Below, piece by piece: positions 14,941 through 27,285 of a DNA stretch of 64,000 nucleotides; position 1 is the first letter of the stretch, and the number at the start of each line of letters is the position of its first letter. The translations under genes and the position numbers were made by a program. Under the pieces are notes generated by a model. It was not told where the DNA came from, searched no databases, and saw only the letters and a list, made by a program, of their open reading frames with translations. Source of the DNA: Chrysomallon squamiferum (Eukaryota > Animalia > Mollusca); assembly GCA_012295275.1 (NCBI GenBank), contig CM022676.1, positions 6,076,001 to 6,140,000 on the forward strand. Direction: 5' to 3'.

Positions 14941-15099
14941 GAGGTTTTGTCATACTTGAAAAACATGTGCTGGTGAGGGAGAGAATAAACCAAGGAATGC
15001 AATATTGGCTCCATCTGGTTTCAGTTTTATTCAAATTTTAGCTGCATGAAATTTTTCTTTCTTGCACGAACTTTCGTATCCAGCAGTATAAATAAAAGG

Positions 15100-15148
<49 letters not shown>

Positions 15149-15836
15149 TAAAAAAACGATTTTTTAATGTGTGAAAGTGCTATACAGACAGACAGACAGA
15201 TAGACAGATGAAAAAAGTAATTAGATTTTCTTGCATAATTGCACATACAGTAATAATTTCAAAAAAGAAAAAAATAATAATAATAATTAAATTAATTTTT
15301 TTTTAAAGAATTGACACGTGACACTTGAGATGTATTGGCATACCTTTTTTATTTTTTTTTTAAATTTGATTTAAATTAATTTAAAAATTTTTAAAATTTA
15401 TTTATTATTATTTTTTTTATATAAATAAAAAAAATCATTTTCCAGTTTAACTTCATCTAAATTTACTATTAAAAAAAAATAAATAAAAATTAAAATCATA
15501 TATTTATATATTTATGCAATTAAATATTACTTTGACAGAAAAAACTAAATTTCAGACCTTTTTTATTTTTTCATTTTTTTTTTTTTTTTTTTTCATTAAA
15601 GCTTTAAATATAGTCTTTAAGAAGAAGGAAAAGATTTTTTTTTTTTCAAAAGAAAAAAATGCTTTGACACTTAAATATATGAGTAATTGTCAACAGATGT
15701 TTGATGCTATCACTTCAGTAATTAATGTTTGAAATTTAATCTTTTTTTTCAATTTAATAGAAATAAATTTAAACATCACTTCAGATATATTTAATTTTAT
15801 TATTATTTTAATGTGAAAAGCTTATTTGTCTAAATT

Positions 15837-15867
<31 letters not shown>

Positions 15868-16090
15868 AAATGATTTTAATTTGAATGTTTGGTTTATTTA
15901 TAATAATGATGAAATATTCAGAAAAATGCTGTTATGTCTGAAATTTTTTTTGTTTTAAAATGCTGTTAATTCAATAGATATTTATACTAAAATGAATATT
16001 TGTATAAAAATGAAAAACAAATTCAGCAAAATTTATTAATAAATTTATAAATATTTCTGATAAAATGAAAAAAAATAAATAATAATACAT

Positions 16091-16650
16091 TATTTTAATA
16101 AAATACTGAAAATTCAATAAATATTTTAAATAAAATACTGAAAATTCAGCAAATATTTTAAATAAAATACCGAAAATTCAGCAAATATTTTAATTAAAAC
16201 ACTGAAAATTCAGCAAATATTTTAATAAAACACTGAAAATTCAACAAATATTTTAAATAAAATATTGAAAATCCAGCAAATATTTTAAATAAAATACTGA
16301 AAATTTAACATATTTTAAATAAAATACTGAAAATTCAGCAAATATTTTAAATACATCACTGAAAATTCAACAAATATTTTAAATAAAATACTGAAAATTC
16401 AGCAAATATTTTAAATAAAACACTGAAAATTCAGCAAATGTTTTAAATAAAATACTGAAAATTCAGCAAATATTTTAAATAAAACACTGAAAATTCAGCA
16501 AATGTTTTAAACAAAATACTGAAAATTCAACAAATATTTTAAACAAAATACTTCAGCAAATATTTTAAACAAAACACTGAAAATTCCACAAAATACAAAT
16601 TTTTGTTATGAAAATTCCACAAAATACAAATTTTCGTTATGAAAATTCCA
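16091..16650. repeat. ~31-32-bp minisatellite, about 17 units, abutting the Ig2 exon acceptor
   Basis: aaaatactgaaaattcagcaaatattttaaat tandem units. Confidence 0.95.
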
Positions 16651-16669
16651 CATTTTCTTTTACTTGCAG

Positions 16670-16947
16670 TTCTCCGCGATGATTTCCGCGAGAGGCCAAC
16701 GTCTCAGACAGTCGCAACGGGGGAGACCGCAACGTTCCACTGCAAGCCACCGAAGGGGGAACCGGAACCGAAAGTTCTGTGGCACAGGAACTCTGAACCA
16801 CTTCAGCTAGGGGGCGAATTTCAGTTAGTGACAGTGGTGACTTGGTGATCAAGTCTGTGATGGTGACGGATGCTGGAAAATACACCTGCTTGGCTATTAA
16901 CAAAGGCGGAGAGAAAGAAAGCTCGCCTGCAACTCTCACTGTGCTAG
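16670..16947 (+). CDS. robo: Robo exon, Ig2; apparent 1-nt deletion at G5 run 16810-16814
   Basis: ttgcag|..|gtaggt, 278 nt (279 needed). VLRDDFRERPTSQTVATGETATFHCKPPKGEPEPKVLWHRNSEPLQLG, then in the shifted frame RISVSDSGDLVIKSVMVTDAGKYTCLAINKGGEKESSPATLTVL. Confidence 0.93.
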
Positions 16948-17105
16948 GTAGGTGTTCTGATTTCCCATTCCAAATATAGGTAGATTTTGTTTGTTTTGTT
17001 TTTTTGTTTTTTTTTCGAGTGTGTTGTATTTTAGAATACTCATGACGATGATGATGAAATGTGGATGATTTTCAACAGAAGTTAAAGATGAAATATTGTT
17101 TAAGT

Positions 17106-17141
<36 letters not shown>

Positions 17142-17744
17142 ATGTATCAATAAATTAAAAATATATATATGTATATAAATAATAAAATAAATAATGTAAT
17201 GGTAAATAAAATATATAAATAAATAAATAAATGTATAAACAAATGAAAAATGAAATGTATAAATAATAAAATAAATAATAAATGGTAAATAAATAATAAA
17301 TAAATAAATAAATGTATAAACAAATGAAAAATGAAATGTATAAATAATAAAATAAATAAATATATAAATAATAAATAATAAATAAATAAATAAATAAATA
17401 AATGTATAAACAAATGAAAAATGAAATGTATAAATAATAAAATAAATAAATATATAAATAAATAAATAATAAATAATAAATAAATAAATAAATAAATAAA
17501 TAAATGTATAAACAAATGAAAAATGAAATGTATAAATAATAAAATAAATAATAAATGGTAAATAAATAAAATAAATTAAAATAAAATAAAATAAAATAAA
17601 AACAAAGAACTTACTTACATAATTAATAAAGGCCAGTGTTTAATGCCAATAGCCATATTTTAAATCTAAAAACGTTATTATTTATTATTTATTATTTATT
17701 AAAAACAAACATTCCTTTATCGTTACACGTTTTTGTTTTCACAG

Positions 17745-17883
17745 AAAAGCCAAAGTTTCGACAAATGCCTGATGACATTCAGGCCAATGAAGGAGACACC
17801 ATTGAATTCAAATGTCGAGCAACTGGTGATCCCAAACCTACAGTGGAGTGGAAAAAACAAAATGGCCGAATTCCCTATGGAAG
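17745..17883 (+). CDS. robo: Robo exon, Ig3 N-half
   Basis: ttcacag|..|gtaaga; EKPKFRQMPDDIQANEGDTIEFKCRATGDPKPTVEWKKQNGRIPYG(R). Confidence 0.95.
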
Positions 17884-18464
17884 GTAAGACAAGAAAAAAG
17901 CATTATTAAAAATTGAATACATAGATGACAGAATATTGATTTTTGTTTCAGAAATAAAAGTGGGGGGAAAAAAATTAAAAATAAAAACACAGAGAGAAAA
18001 TAAAGATTTTTATTGTTTTGGTTTTTTTTGTACAACCTGTGGATTTCTTGATGTAAGGGACATAACTCTAGTAATGATTTTTTTTTTTTTTTTTTTTTTT
18101 TTTAGAAAAGATTAGGTTTATATTTGATTTGGTATGTGGATGTATGTGTTAATGTATTTGTGTGCATGTGTATTTATATGAATAAATGAATGTATATATA
18201 TATGTGTGTGTGTGTGTGTATAAAGTCTTTTATCAATACTAGAAAATATACTAAAACAATATAATAACATACTTGATTTATATTGAAAAGAATATAAAAA
18301 TACCAAAAGAATAAATAGTTTTACAAGTAATTTGGTCTTGTAAGGAAATAGTAAATATAAATATTATTTTTAGTAATTATAAATTCTAATATATTAAAAA
18401 TATGGAATGTGTAACTCTCCCAAAAGAAAGAATTATTTTCTAAATATTTAGTTATGTCATTCTC

Positions 18465-18765
18465 ACTTTAAAGCAAGATTTACTTTTTTTTTTAAAAACA
18501 ACAAAAAATTAATTCATTTGTATGAAAGTGAAGATTACGTTACATTTTTTTCTTCTAAAAATGAAATTGTAATTTTTCTGGCTTCAGAGCAAGATTTATT
18601 CTTTCATTATGAAAGTGAATATTAAGTTATATTTTTTCTTGAAAAATGAAACTGTAATTTTTCTGAACTCAGAGCAAGATTTATTCTTTCATTATGAAAG
18701 TGAAAATTACGTTGCATTTTTTTCTTCTAAAAACAAAACTGTAATTTTTCTGACTTCAGAGCAAG
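18465..18765 (+). repeat. ~86-bp tandem repeat whose unit contains the Ig3b splice acceptor
   Basis: tgtaatttttctg..tcagagcaag with AG at 18586-87, 18671-72 and 18758-59 (the real one). Confidence 0.9.
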
Positions 18766-18887
18766 GAAGTTGGACGATGGAACTCTTCGGATAGAGAAGG
18801 TGGAGGCCAGTGACGATGGTCAGTACATCTGCGTGGCGGAGAATTCTGCAGGAACAGTGGAAGCTGCCGGCAAACTCAGTGTTCAAA
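18760..18887 (+). CDS. robo: Robo exon, Ig3 C-half
   Basis: cttcag|..|gtgagt; ARKLDDGTLRIEKVEASDDGQYICVAENSAGTVEAAGKLSVQ. Confidence 0.95.
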
Positions 18888-19102
18888 GTGAGTTTTTTTA
18901 TTTTTAAATTATTTTTATATTTTTAATTTATTTTATATTTTTAAATTATTTTTTATTTTTAAATTATTTTAAATAAACAGTTTCAAAAAATTTATACTGG
19001 AGATATAACGACGAATTTTTACAAAAAGATTTTGAAGATCTTCATGTCATGGTTTGTAAATTAAAATAGCATGTTTTTCTTTTTTTTTTTTATGCTGAAT
19101 GT

Positions 19103-19206
<104 letters not shown>

Positions 19207-20217
19207 ATAAAATTGAAATAATAATAATAATAAAAAATCAATAGTTATCTTCCCAATGTGGTTTGTAAATTCAAATAAGTTGTTTTTCTCAGATGAATTT
19301 TTGTCATGGTAAATTTATCATACATTTCATATACAAATAAAGAAAATGGGAAAAAAATGGTAATAATAATAAAAACAGCAATAAACACTCTTCTTCAAGA
19401 TATGGTTTGTAAATTCAAATAAGAGATCAAAAAGTCCATGACACAGAGAACCTTATCAAATCTGTATTTATCACCAATTTACTTTTGTCTTTGGCCATGT
19501 ATAATTTAAAAAAAAAAAAACAAAAAAAAAATCCAACAAAATACAACAAAAAAAAACCCCAAAAGAAATCAATATTGACTGAGATTATTCATTTAAAAAA
19601 AAAAAAATAATAATAATTTTTTTTCTTTACAGACATATATATTTTTTTCAAATTGTTTTATTAACTAATGTCATAAGCAACTTCAAAGCTCAAATCAAAA
19701 AAAAAAAAAAAAAATTAAATAAAAATAATGAAATAAAAAATGAATTTACAACATTAACCAAAAAACAAATCTAATAAAGGAATAGTTTGGGCAAAACTGG
19801 ATTCAAAATATTACTGCCAGTTTTGCAAACTCTTATTTGAAACTGTCTGAGTTAATTTAGTTTGAGTTTTGGTTATCAGAAATAATCTCACAAATTCAAT
19901 TTGAACTTTTTGAAGATAAATTAAATTCGTGTCTGTGCTAATGATTTTCAAAAAGTGGAATAGGATTCAATATTTTCTTTTTTGTTTTAATCCAGAGATT
20001 ATTGATGTAGTTGTTGTTGTTGTCGATGATGTTATTGTGTTACTTTTTTTTTGTTATTGTTATTTGTTTATTAACTGTTATCTATTGTTATTATTTTAAT
20101 TACCATCAACATCATTATTAATATTATTATTATATTTTTAAGTTTTATAAATATATATGTATATATATATTACTTTATTTATTTTATATTATTTATTAAT
20201 TTCATTGATTTATTGTA

Positions 20218-20268
<51 letters not shown>

Positions 20269-20349
20269 TATTATTACTATTATTATTATTATTATTATTA
20301 ATATTATTATTATTATTATTATTACCATTATTATTATTATTACTATTAC

Positions 20350-20384
<35 letters not shown>

Positions 20385-20476
20385 CCACTATTACAGTTGT
20401 GATTGTCAGCATTAACACCATCATTATAAAACAAAAATATTTAATTCAAATTTATCTAATTTTTTATTATTTTCAG

Positions 20477-20601
20477 CACATCCTACATTTCTAATTCGTC
20501 CGCAAAATCAGGTGGTTGGATTGGGTCGAACAGTAACTCTGCAGTGTGTTGTCAGAGGAAATCCCGTTCCAACTGTGTTTTGGAGCAAGGGTTCAGACCA
20601 G
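20477..20601 (+). CDS. robo: Robo exon, Ig4 N-half
   Basis: tttcag|..|gttagt; HPTFLIRPQNQVVGLGRTVTLQCVVRGNPVPTVFWSKGSDQ. Confidence 0.95.
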
Positions 20602-20752
20602 GTTAGTAAAGAAGAAATTAAAAAAAAAAAAAAAAAATATTTTTTTTATAAAACTAATCATATTATTCAGTAATTATTTTTATATTATTAACACTAATAG
20701 TGTTACTACTACTATTATTTTATTACTTTTATTACTATTACCATTAAAACTA

Positions 20753-20817
<65 letters not shown>

Positions 20818-20858
20818 TATTATTATTATTTTTATTATTATTATTATTATTATCATTA

Positions 20859-20889
<31 letters not shown>

Positions 20890-20891
20890 TA

Positions 20892-21018
<127 letters not shown>

Positions 21019-21035
21019 TTTAAATATGTTTTCAG

Positions 21036-21195
21036 CCACTGATGTTTCCCAATCAAGAAAATGGCCGCTTCTCTGTGTCTGAAGATGGAACGTTCCGGAT
21101 AGAGCGTGTGCAGTTTGAAGACAAGGGTGAATATGTCTGCCAGGCGCTCAATGTCATCGGCAGCGCCCAGGCCAACGTCCGCATTGAAGTCAGAA
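21036..21195 (+). CDS. robo: Robo exon, Ig4 C-half
   Basis: tttcag|..|gtaagt; PLMFPNQENGRFSVSEDGTFRIERVQFEDKGEYVCQALNVIGSAQANVRIEVR. LMFP matches the LLFP segment of vertebrate Robo Ig4. Confidence 0.95.
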
Positions 21196-21510
21196 GTAAG
21201 TGCATTTTTTACATTATTTTATTATGTTTATTATTATTTATTTTTTTTTATTATTTATTATTATTATTACTTTTATTTATTATTATGTTGTTTGTTTTTT
21301 ATTATTATTATTATTATGTTTATTATTATTATTATTATGTTTATATTATTATTATTATGTATATTTATTATTATTATTATTATTATGATTATTATTATTT
21401 ATTTTTATTATTATTATTATTATGTTATTATTATTATTTAGTATTATTTTATATTTTTTATTTGTTTTGTTTATTTATTATTATTTATTTATTTTTTTTT
21501 ATTTATTAAG

Positions 21511-21551
<41 letters not shown>

Positions 21552-22149
21552 TGTTTATTATTATAAAATATAGTGAAAATTATTTTTATATATTATATTT
21601 CATTATTATTATTATTATTATATTATTTATTTATATTTTATTGTTTATTATAAAATATATTGAAAATTATTTTTATATTTATTATTATTGTTGTTATAAA
21701 ATATTTTGAAAATTATTTTTTATTATATTTCATTACTATTATTATTATTATATTATTATGTTTATGTTTTATTATTTTATTATTTTTATGTTTTATGTTT
21801 ATTTATTATTATTATTTATTTATTTTTATTTATTATTATTATTTATTTTTTTTATTTATTTAGAATTATTTTAGAAAATTATTTTTATTTATTATTATAT
21901 ATTTAGAAAAAAAAAATGTATATTACATATTTCATTACTATTAATATTATTATTATTTATATATTATTTATTTTTTAATCTATTGATTTTATCTGATACT
22001 TATTTTGTTTATTTATTTAACTATTTACCTGCATATTTATCTTTTTCAAATATCTTTTTTTTTCAAATTATTTGTTTATTTTATTTTTCATTTACTTACT
22101 CACTTATTTACTTACTTACTCACTCATCTACTCACTTATGTACTCGCAG

Positions 22150-22347
22150 AACAAGACACAAGGCCTCCCCCAGTCATCACAATCGGACCCCAGAATCAGA
22201 CCCTCCCTGTGAAGGAGGTTGCTATGTTACCGTGCATGGCAACAGGAGACCCCCAGCCTGCGATTCGCTGGTACAAAAATGGCCGACCAATTTTGGGAAC
22301 AGATCCTAGAAGTACAATCTTAGATTCCGGAACTTTGCAGATATCTG
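22150..22347 (+). CDS. robo: Robo exon, Ig5 N-part
   Basis: tcgcag|..|gtaaat; QDTRPPPVITIGPQNQTLPVKEVAMLPCMATGDPQPAIRWYKNGRPILGTDPRSTILDSGTLQIS. Confidence 0.96.
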
Positions 22348-22351
22348 GTAA

Positions 22352-22412
<61 letters not shown>

Positions 22413-22416
22413 GTTA

Positions 22417-22448
<32 letters not shown>

Positions 22449-22493
22449 TTATTATTATTATTACTATTTTTACTTTTATTATTATTATTGTTA

Positions 22494-22569
<76 letters not shown>

Positions 22570-22775
22570 TTTTATTATTATTATTATTATTGCTATTATT
22601 ATTATATATTTATTTATTTATTTTTATTTGTTTATTTATTTATTATTATTATTTTTCGAAACTTCAAAAATATAAAATTTCCAGAAAAAGATAATATATA
22701 TCATATATGAGAACTTTTAAAAGTTATGTTTATAAACTGGTATTAAATAATTTGTTGTTCTTCTTTTTCTTTCAG

Positions 22776-22865
22776 ACGTAAAGTTATCCGACAGTGCCCT
22801 CTACACCTGCAAGGCTGTATCAGAAACAGGGGAGACAAGCTGGGCTGCAAAGCTTACCGTTGCTG
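22776..22865 (+). CDS. robo: Robo exon, Ig5 C-part
   Basis: tttcag|..|gtaaac; DVKLSDSALYTCKAVSETGETSWAAKLTVA. Confidence 0.95.
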
Positions 22866-23014
22866 GTAAACATTTCACATTTATTTTTATATATTTTTTT
22901 ACATATCTACAGTTATATTAATATTTTTATATATACTATTTCTTTATTTTATTATTATTTTTTTTTAACAAAATTTAAAAGTTTAAAATTTTTTTTTTTT
23001 AAATCTATTTTTAG

Positions 23015-23193
23015 ACCAGGGCCCGTATCATCGAACTCAAGACCCTTCAACATTTCCCGACGCTCCGCTGAAACCGTTTGTTACTGACGTCACCGACACC
23101 ACTGTCGACCTCACCTGGCAACCAGGGAAGAAGGCAGGTGGTTCACCTGTGTTCTCGTTTATAGTGGAATACTTCAGTCACGAAACCTCGCAG
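23015..23193 (+). CDS. robo: Robo exon, FN3-1 N-half
   Basis: ttttag|..|gtaaag; DQGPYHRTQDPSTFPDAPLKPFVTDVTDTTVDLTWQPGKKAGGSPVFSFIVEYFSHETSQ. Confidence 0.94.
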
Positions 23194-23469
23194 GTAAAGC
23201 TCACCTCCCTCTAGCCGATGAAAGGTGTTCAATTAAACAGGTTGTTATGTAGATGCAGTAAATACACATGCAAGCATGAATGCATGAATGCATGCATGCA
23301 CACACACACAAACACACACAAAATGGACAAATGTTACAGTTAACATAATCACTGCCATTTTTGCTTCAGTATTTATGATTTGTTATTTAGTTAGTTTGTT
23401 GTTATGTTTGTTTATTATTGTTATTTTTTTTTTTTTATTATTATTTTTATTATTACTGTTACAATTTAT

Positions 23470-23640
23470 TATTAGTATTAGTATTACTACTACTACTGCT
23501 ACTACAACACATACTACTACTACTACTGCTGCTACTACTACTACTACTACTACTACTATTACTACTACTACTACTACTACTACTATTATTATTATTATTA
23601 CTATTATTATAATTATTACTATTCCTATTATTATTATTAC

Positions 23641-23671
<31 letters not shown>

Positions 23672-23950
23672 GTTATTATTATTGTTATTGTTACTATTAC
23701 TATTACTACTACTATTACTATCACTATTACTATTACTATTATTACTATTATTATTACTATTACTACTACTACTACTATTACTATCACTATTACTACTGTT
23801 ACTATTATTATTACTACTACTACTATTACTATCACTATTACTATTATTATTATTACTACTACTACTACTATTACTATCACTATTACTATTACTACTATTA
23901 CTATTACTACTATCACTATTACTACTATTATTATTATTACTATTACTACA
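23470..23950. repeat. (TAT/TAC)n compound trinucleotide tract; similar tracts at about 20218-20385, 20752-21018, 22353-22605, 35670-35967
   Basis: Direct read; source of the poly-I/L/Y/T pseudo-ORFs. Confidence 0.96.
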
Positions 23951-23951
23951 G

Positions 23952-24102
23952 GGCTGGGTGGTGGCGTCAGATTCAATCACCAGGGAAACGTACACAGTGA
24001 GAAACTTGAAGCCACAGACCAGCTACGTGTTTCTCGTCCGAGCTCAAAATTCTCACGGAGTCAGTTTGCCCAGTCCAATCTCCGACGATGTCTTGACCAG
24101 AG
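23952..24102 (+). CDS. robo: Robo exon, FN3-1 C-half
   Basis: ctacag|..|gtcagt; GWVVASDSITRETYTVRNLKPQTSYVFLVRAQNSHGVSLPSPISDDVLTR. Confidence 0.95.
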
Positions 24103-24311
24103 GTCAGTTGTACTGTTAAAATAGTTTATATAGTTCATGTGTCTGAGAGAGTATTAAAATAGTTTATATAATGTGTGTCTGAGAGAGTATTAAAATAGTT
24201 TATATAATGTGTGTAATGTGTGTCTAGGAAGGAAATTGTCTAGACTACATCAGATTGTGTTATTAGCATTATTGTTACTAATTTTATGTTATAAACATAT
24301 ATCAGTGTCTG

Positions 24312-24436
<125 letters not shown>

Positions 24437-24546
24437 TAGTCCTGTCTTGACTATTATATTACTAATATATATATGTATAGGTTTGTGTGTGTATGAGAGA
24501 GAAAGAAGAGACAGAAAGTGAAAGAGATAGAGAGAAAATAGTATAT

Positions 24547-24623
<77 letters not shown>

Positions 24624-24829
24624 CCTAGTTCATTATCTGTCTGTGTCTTAACCACAATGGAGTTACATTATTATTAGGGTTTTATTCCTCATAATCTAAT
24701 AATGAGTATTACACAATGACCAGTAAAATATGTCTGACATCTAATACTGTCCACTGCCCTATTAACACACACACACACATTATATCTGATGGGTGTTTTT
24801 TATTTTGTTTTGTTTTTTTTCACCAACAG

Positions 24830-24957
24830 AAAGAAGAAAGGGCAACAAGCCTATAGCCCTGCCCAAAGCAGAAATACAGCAGCAGTTGAGAGGGATGGTT
24901 GTTGAGATTCACAAAGGTGAAGGTCTAAATGCGACAGCCATCAAAGTCACCTGGAGG
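24830..24957 (+). CDS. robo: Robo exon, FN3-1/2 linker and FN3-2 start
   Basis: caacag|..|gtgagt; ERRKGNKPIALPKAEIQQQLRGMVVEIHKGEGLNATAIKVTWR. Confidence 0.92.
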
Positions 24958-24994
24958 GTGAGTTGAATTAGTTAATTATAGAGCTACTGGTGGA

Positions 24995-25248
24995 TATGTG
25001 GGTTCAAATCCAGGCAGTGGATGAAATATGTTTTTTTTAATGATTTTTTTGAAAGATTTTTATCTTTCTTTTTTGTTTATTTATTTATTATATTTATTTA
25101 TTATTATAATTTTTTTTTTTTCTTTTTTTTCTAGAAGGTGTTATAAGGCAGGGATGTTATTGGGATTGTGGGTTCAAATCCAGGCAGTGGGCGAAATATT
25201 TGTTTTTAATGATTTTTGAAAGATTCTTACCTTTTTTATTTATTTATT

Positions 25249-25310
<62 letters not shown>

Positions 25311-25448
25311 CATTTTTTTATTTATTCCTAACAGGTGTTAAAAGGCAGAGATGCTATTGGGATTGTGGGTTCAAATCCAGGCAGTGGACAAAATATATTT
25401 TTGAAACAATTTTAAAAGATTCTTTTTTTTATTTATTTATTATTATTA

Positions 25449-25506
<58 letters not shown>

Positions 25507-25596
25507 CATTATCATCATCATCATTATTATTATTTATTTATTTATTTATTTTATATTTTCACCTAACAGGTGTTAAAAGGCCGAGACGCCATTGGA
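24995..25596 (+). repeat. Triplicated ~170-235-bp unit including the FN3-2 acceptor and first 27 exon nt
   Basis: tgtgggttcaaatccaggcagtgg at about 24997, 25167 and 25364; aggtgtta.aaggc at 25136, 25333 and 25568. Confidence 0.92.
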
Positions 25597-25807
25597 GGTT
25601 TCTACATCCACTACAAGCAAATTCTTCATTTCCATCGGATGAAGTATGGCAGACAGCAGACGCTCACTCTGGACGACCCCTATCGCACGTCGTACGTCCT
25701 GCAGGGATTGCACAGTGCGATGTGGTACGAGATCTGCATCCAGGCGTACGGAGGGGACATCAAGTCGCAGTGCAGCAGTTCAATCAAGGTTCTGACCAAA
25801 GAATCCA
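25570..25807 (+). CDS. robo: Robo exon, FN3-2
   Basis: cctaacag|..|gtgagt; VLKGRDAIGGFYIHYKQILHFHRMKYGRQQTLTLDDPYRTSYVLQGLHSAMWYEICIQAYGGDIKSQCSSSIKVLTKES. Confidence 0.94.
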
Positions 25808-25876
25808 GTGAGTTGTGTGCAAGATATTATTTTATTTTCTTTTTATTTTTTCAGAACTGCAAGAACAGGCCAAGTG

Positions 25877-25914
<38 letters not shown>

Positions 25915-26368
25915 TTTTTTTTTTTTCAGAACTGCAAGAAAAGGCTTTCTTTTTTAAAGTTTTTTTTTTTTTTTTGTCATTTTTTTTTTTTTTTAATTTT
26001 TTTTTTTTTTTTTTTAATTTTTTTTTATTTTTTTTTTAATTTTTTTTTTTTTTTTTTTTTTCATTTTTTTTTTTTTTTTAATCTCTTTTTTTCTATCTTT
26101 ATTTTCCGCATTCTCTTTATTTCTCTCTTTCTCTATTTTTTTTTTTCTGTCTCTTATTCTCTATTTCTTTCTCTCTCTCTCTCTTTCGCTATTTTTATAT
26201 GTTACTTTCCTTTTTATCTTTCTTTCTCTCTCTGTTTCTAGCAACCTGTCTATCTCTACACTTGTGGTTTTTGTTTTTTTCTTTCTGCTAAATTAACTTC
26301 TGAAACAGATGAAGATGCACAATGAAAAAATTTGACAATACATTTATATTCTCTTTTTTTTCCTTCCT

Positions 26369-26463
<95 letters not shown>

Positions 26464-26642
26464 AATCTCTCTCTTTATTTACATCACAGACTTTTTCTCT
26501 CTTTCACTTTTATCTCCCTGACAACCTCACTTCCCTAACTTCTCTGATACTGCTCATAAACAAAAAAAAAAAAATAAATAAAAATAAATAAAAATAAATA
26601 AATAATAAATTTCTAATTTTTTTTTTTCTTCTTCTATTTCAG

Positions 26643-26755
26643 CACCATCTTCTCCCCCAGAAAATGTAGTCATCCACAAAGATGAGACGTCCATCCATTT
26701 AAGATGGTCCCCTCCTCCTAGGCAGTTTCAAAATGGCGACATTAAAGGATATGAT
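26643..26755 (+). CDS. robo: Robo exon, FN3-3 N-half
   Basis: tttcag|..|gtaaga; TPSSPPENVVIHKDETSIHLRWSPPPRQFQNGDIKGYD. Confidence 0.95.
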
Positions 26756-27285
26756 GTAAGACAAACTGGGGTTTTATTAAAATTGGAATTCACCAGCGGA
26801 ATAGGATTTTTATTAAAAACTGGTTTGATAATAGTCATGTTAAATAGGGAGTTTTATTAAAATTAGAATTAATGCTGTAGAAAAGGCTTTGAAATCAAAA
26901 ATAATGACGGGAAATTTTGCGTAATTTAAAGTTTTATAAAAAATACAATTATTAGGTGGAATATGATGTAATAAAAAAAAAAAGTGGTTTGATAATAATT
27001 ATGTGCATGGAGTTTTATCAAAATGTGGATTTATAGTCGGAAAAGGCTTTATATTGAAAAATACTGACATTAAAGTATATGACGTGAAATATATTGGGTT
27101 TTATTAAAATTAGAATCAACAGACGGAATAACGCGTATTAAAAATTGTTTTGATTACAAATGCGAGAAAATGGATTTTTTATTAAAATTAGAACTAACTG
27201 ATGGAACAGGTTATATTTAAAATAATATATATATATATATATATTTTTTTTTTTTTAAATTTATTTTTAATGAATCTTGTTACAG

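Noticed and set aside
16091-16650. Regular ~31-bp repeats superficially like a CRISPR array
   Set aside because: Head-to-tail units with no unique spacers, in a eukaryotic intron, with no cas genes.
24997-25390. ggttcaaatcc (tRNA B-box-like) x3 as tRNA genes
   Set aside because: No A box or cloverleaf; part of the triplicated intron unit, at most a SINE scrap.
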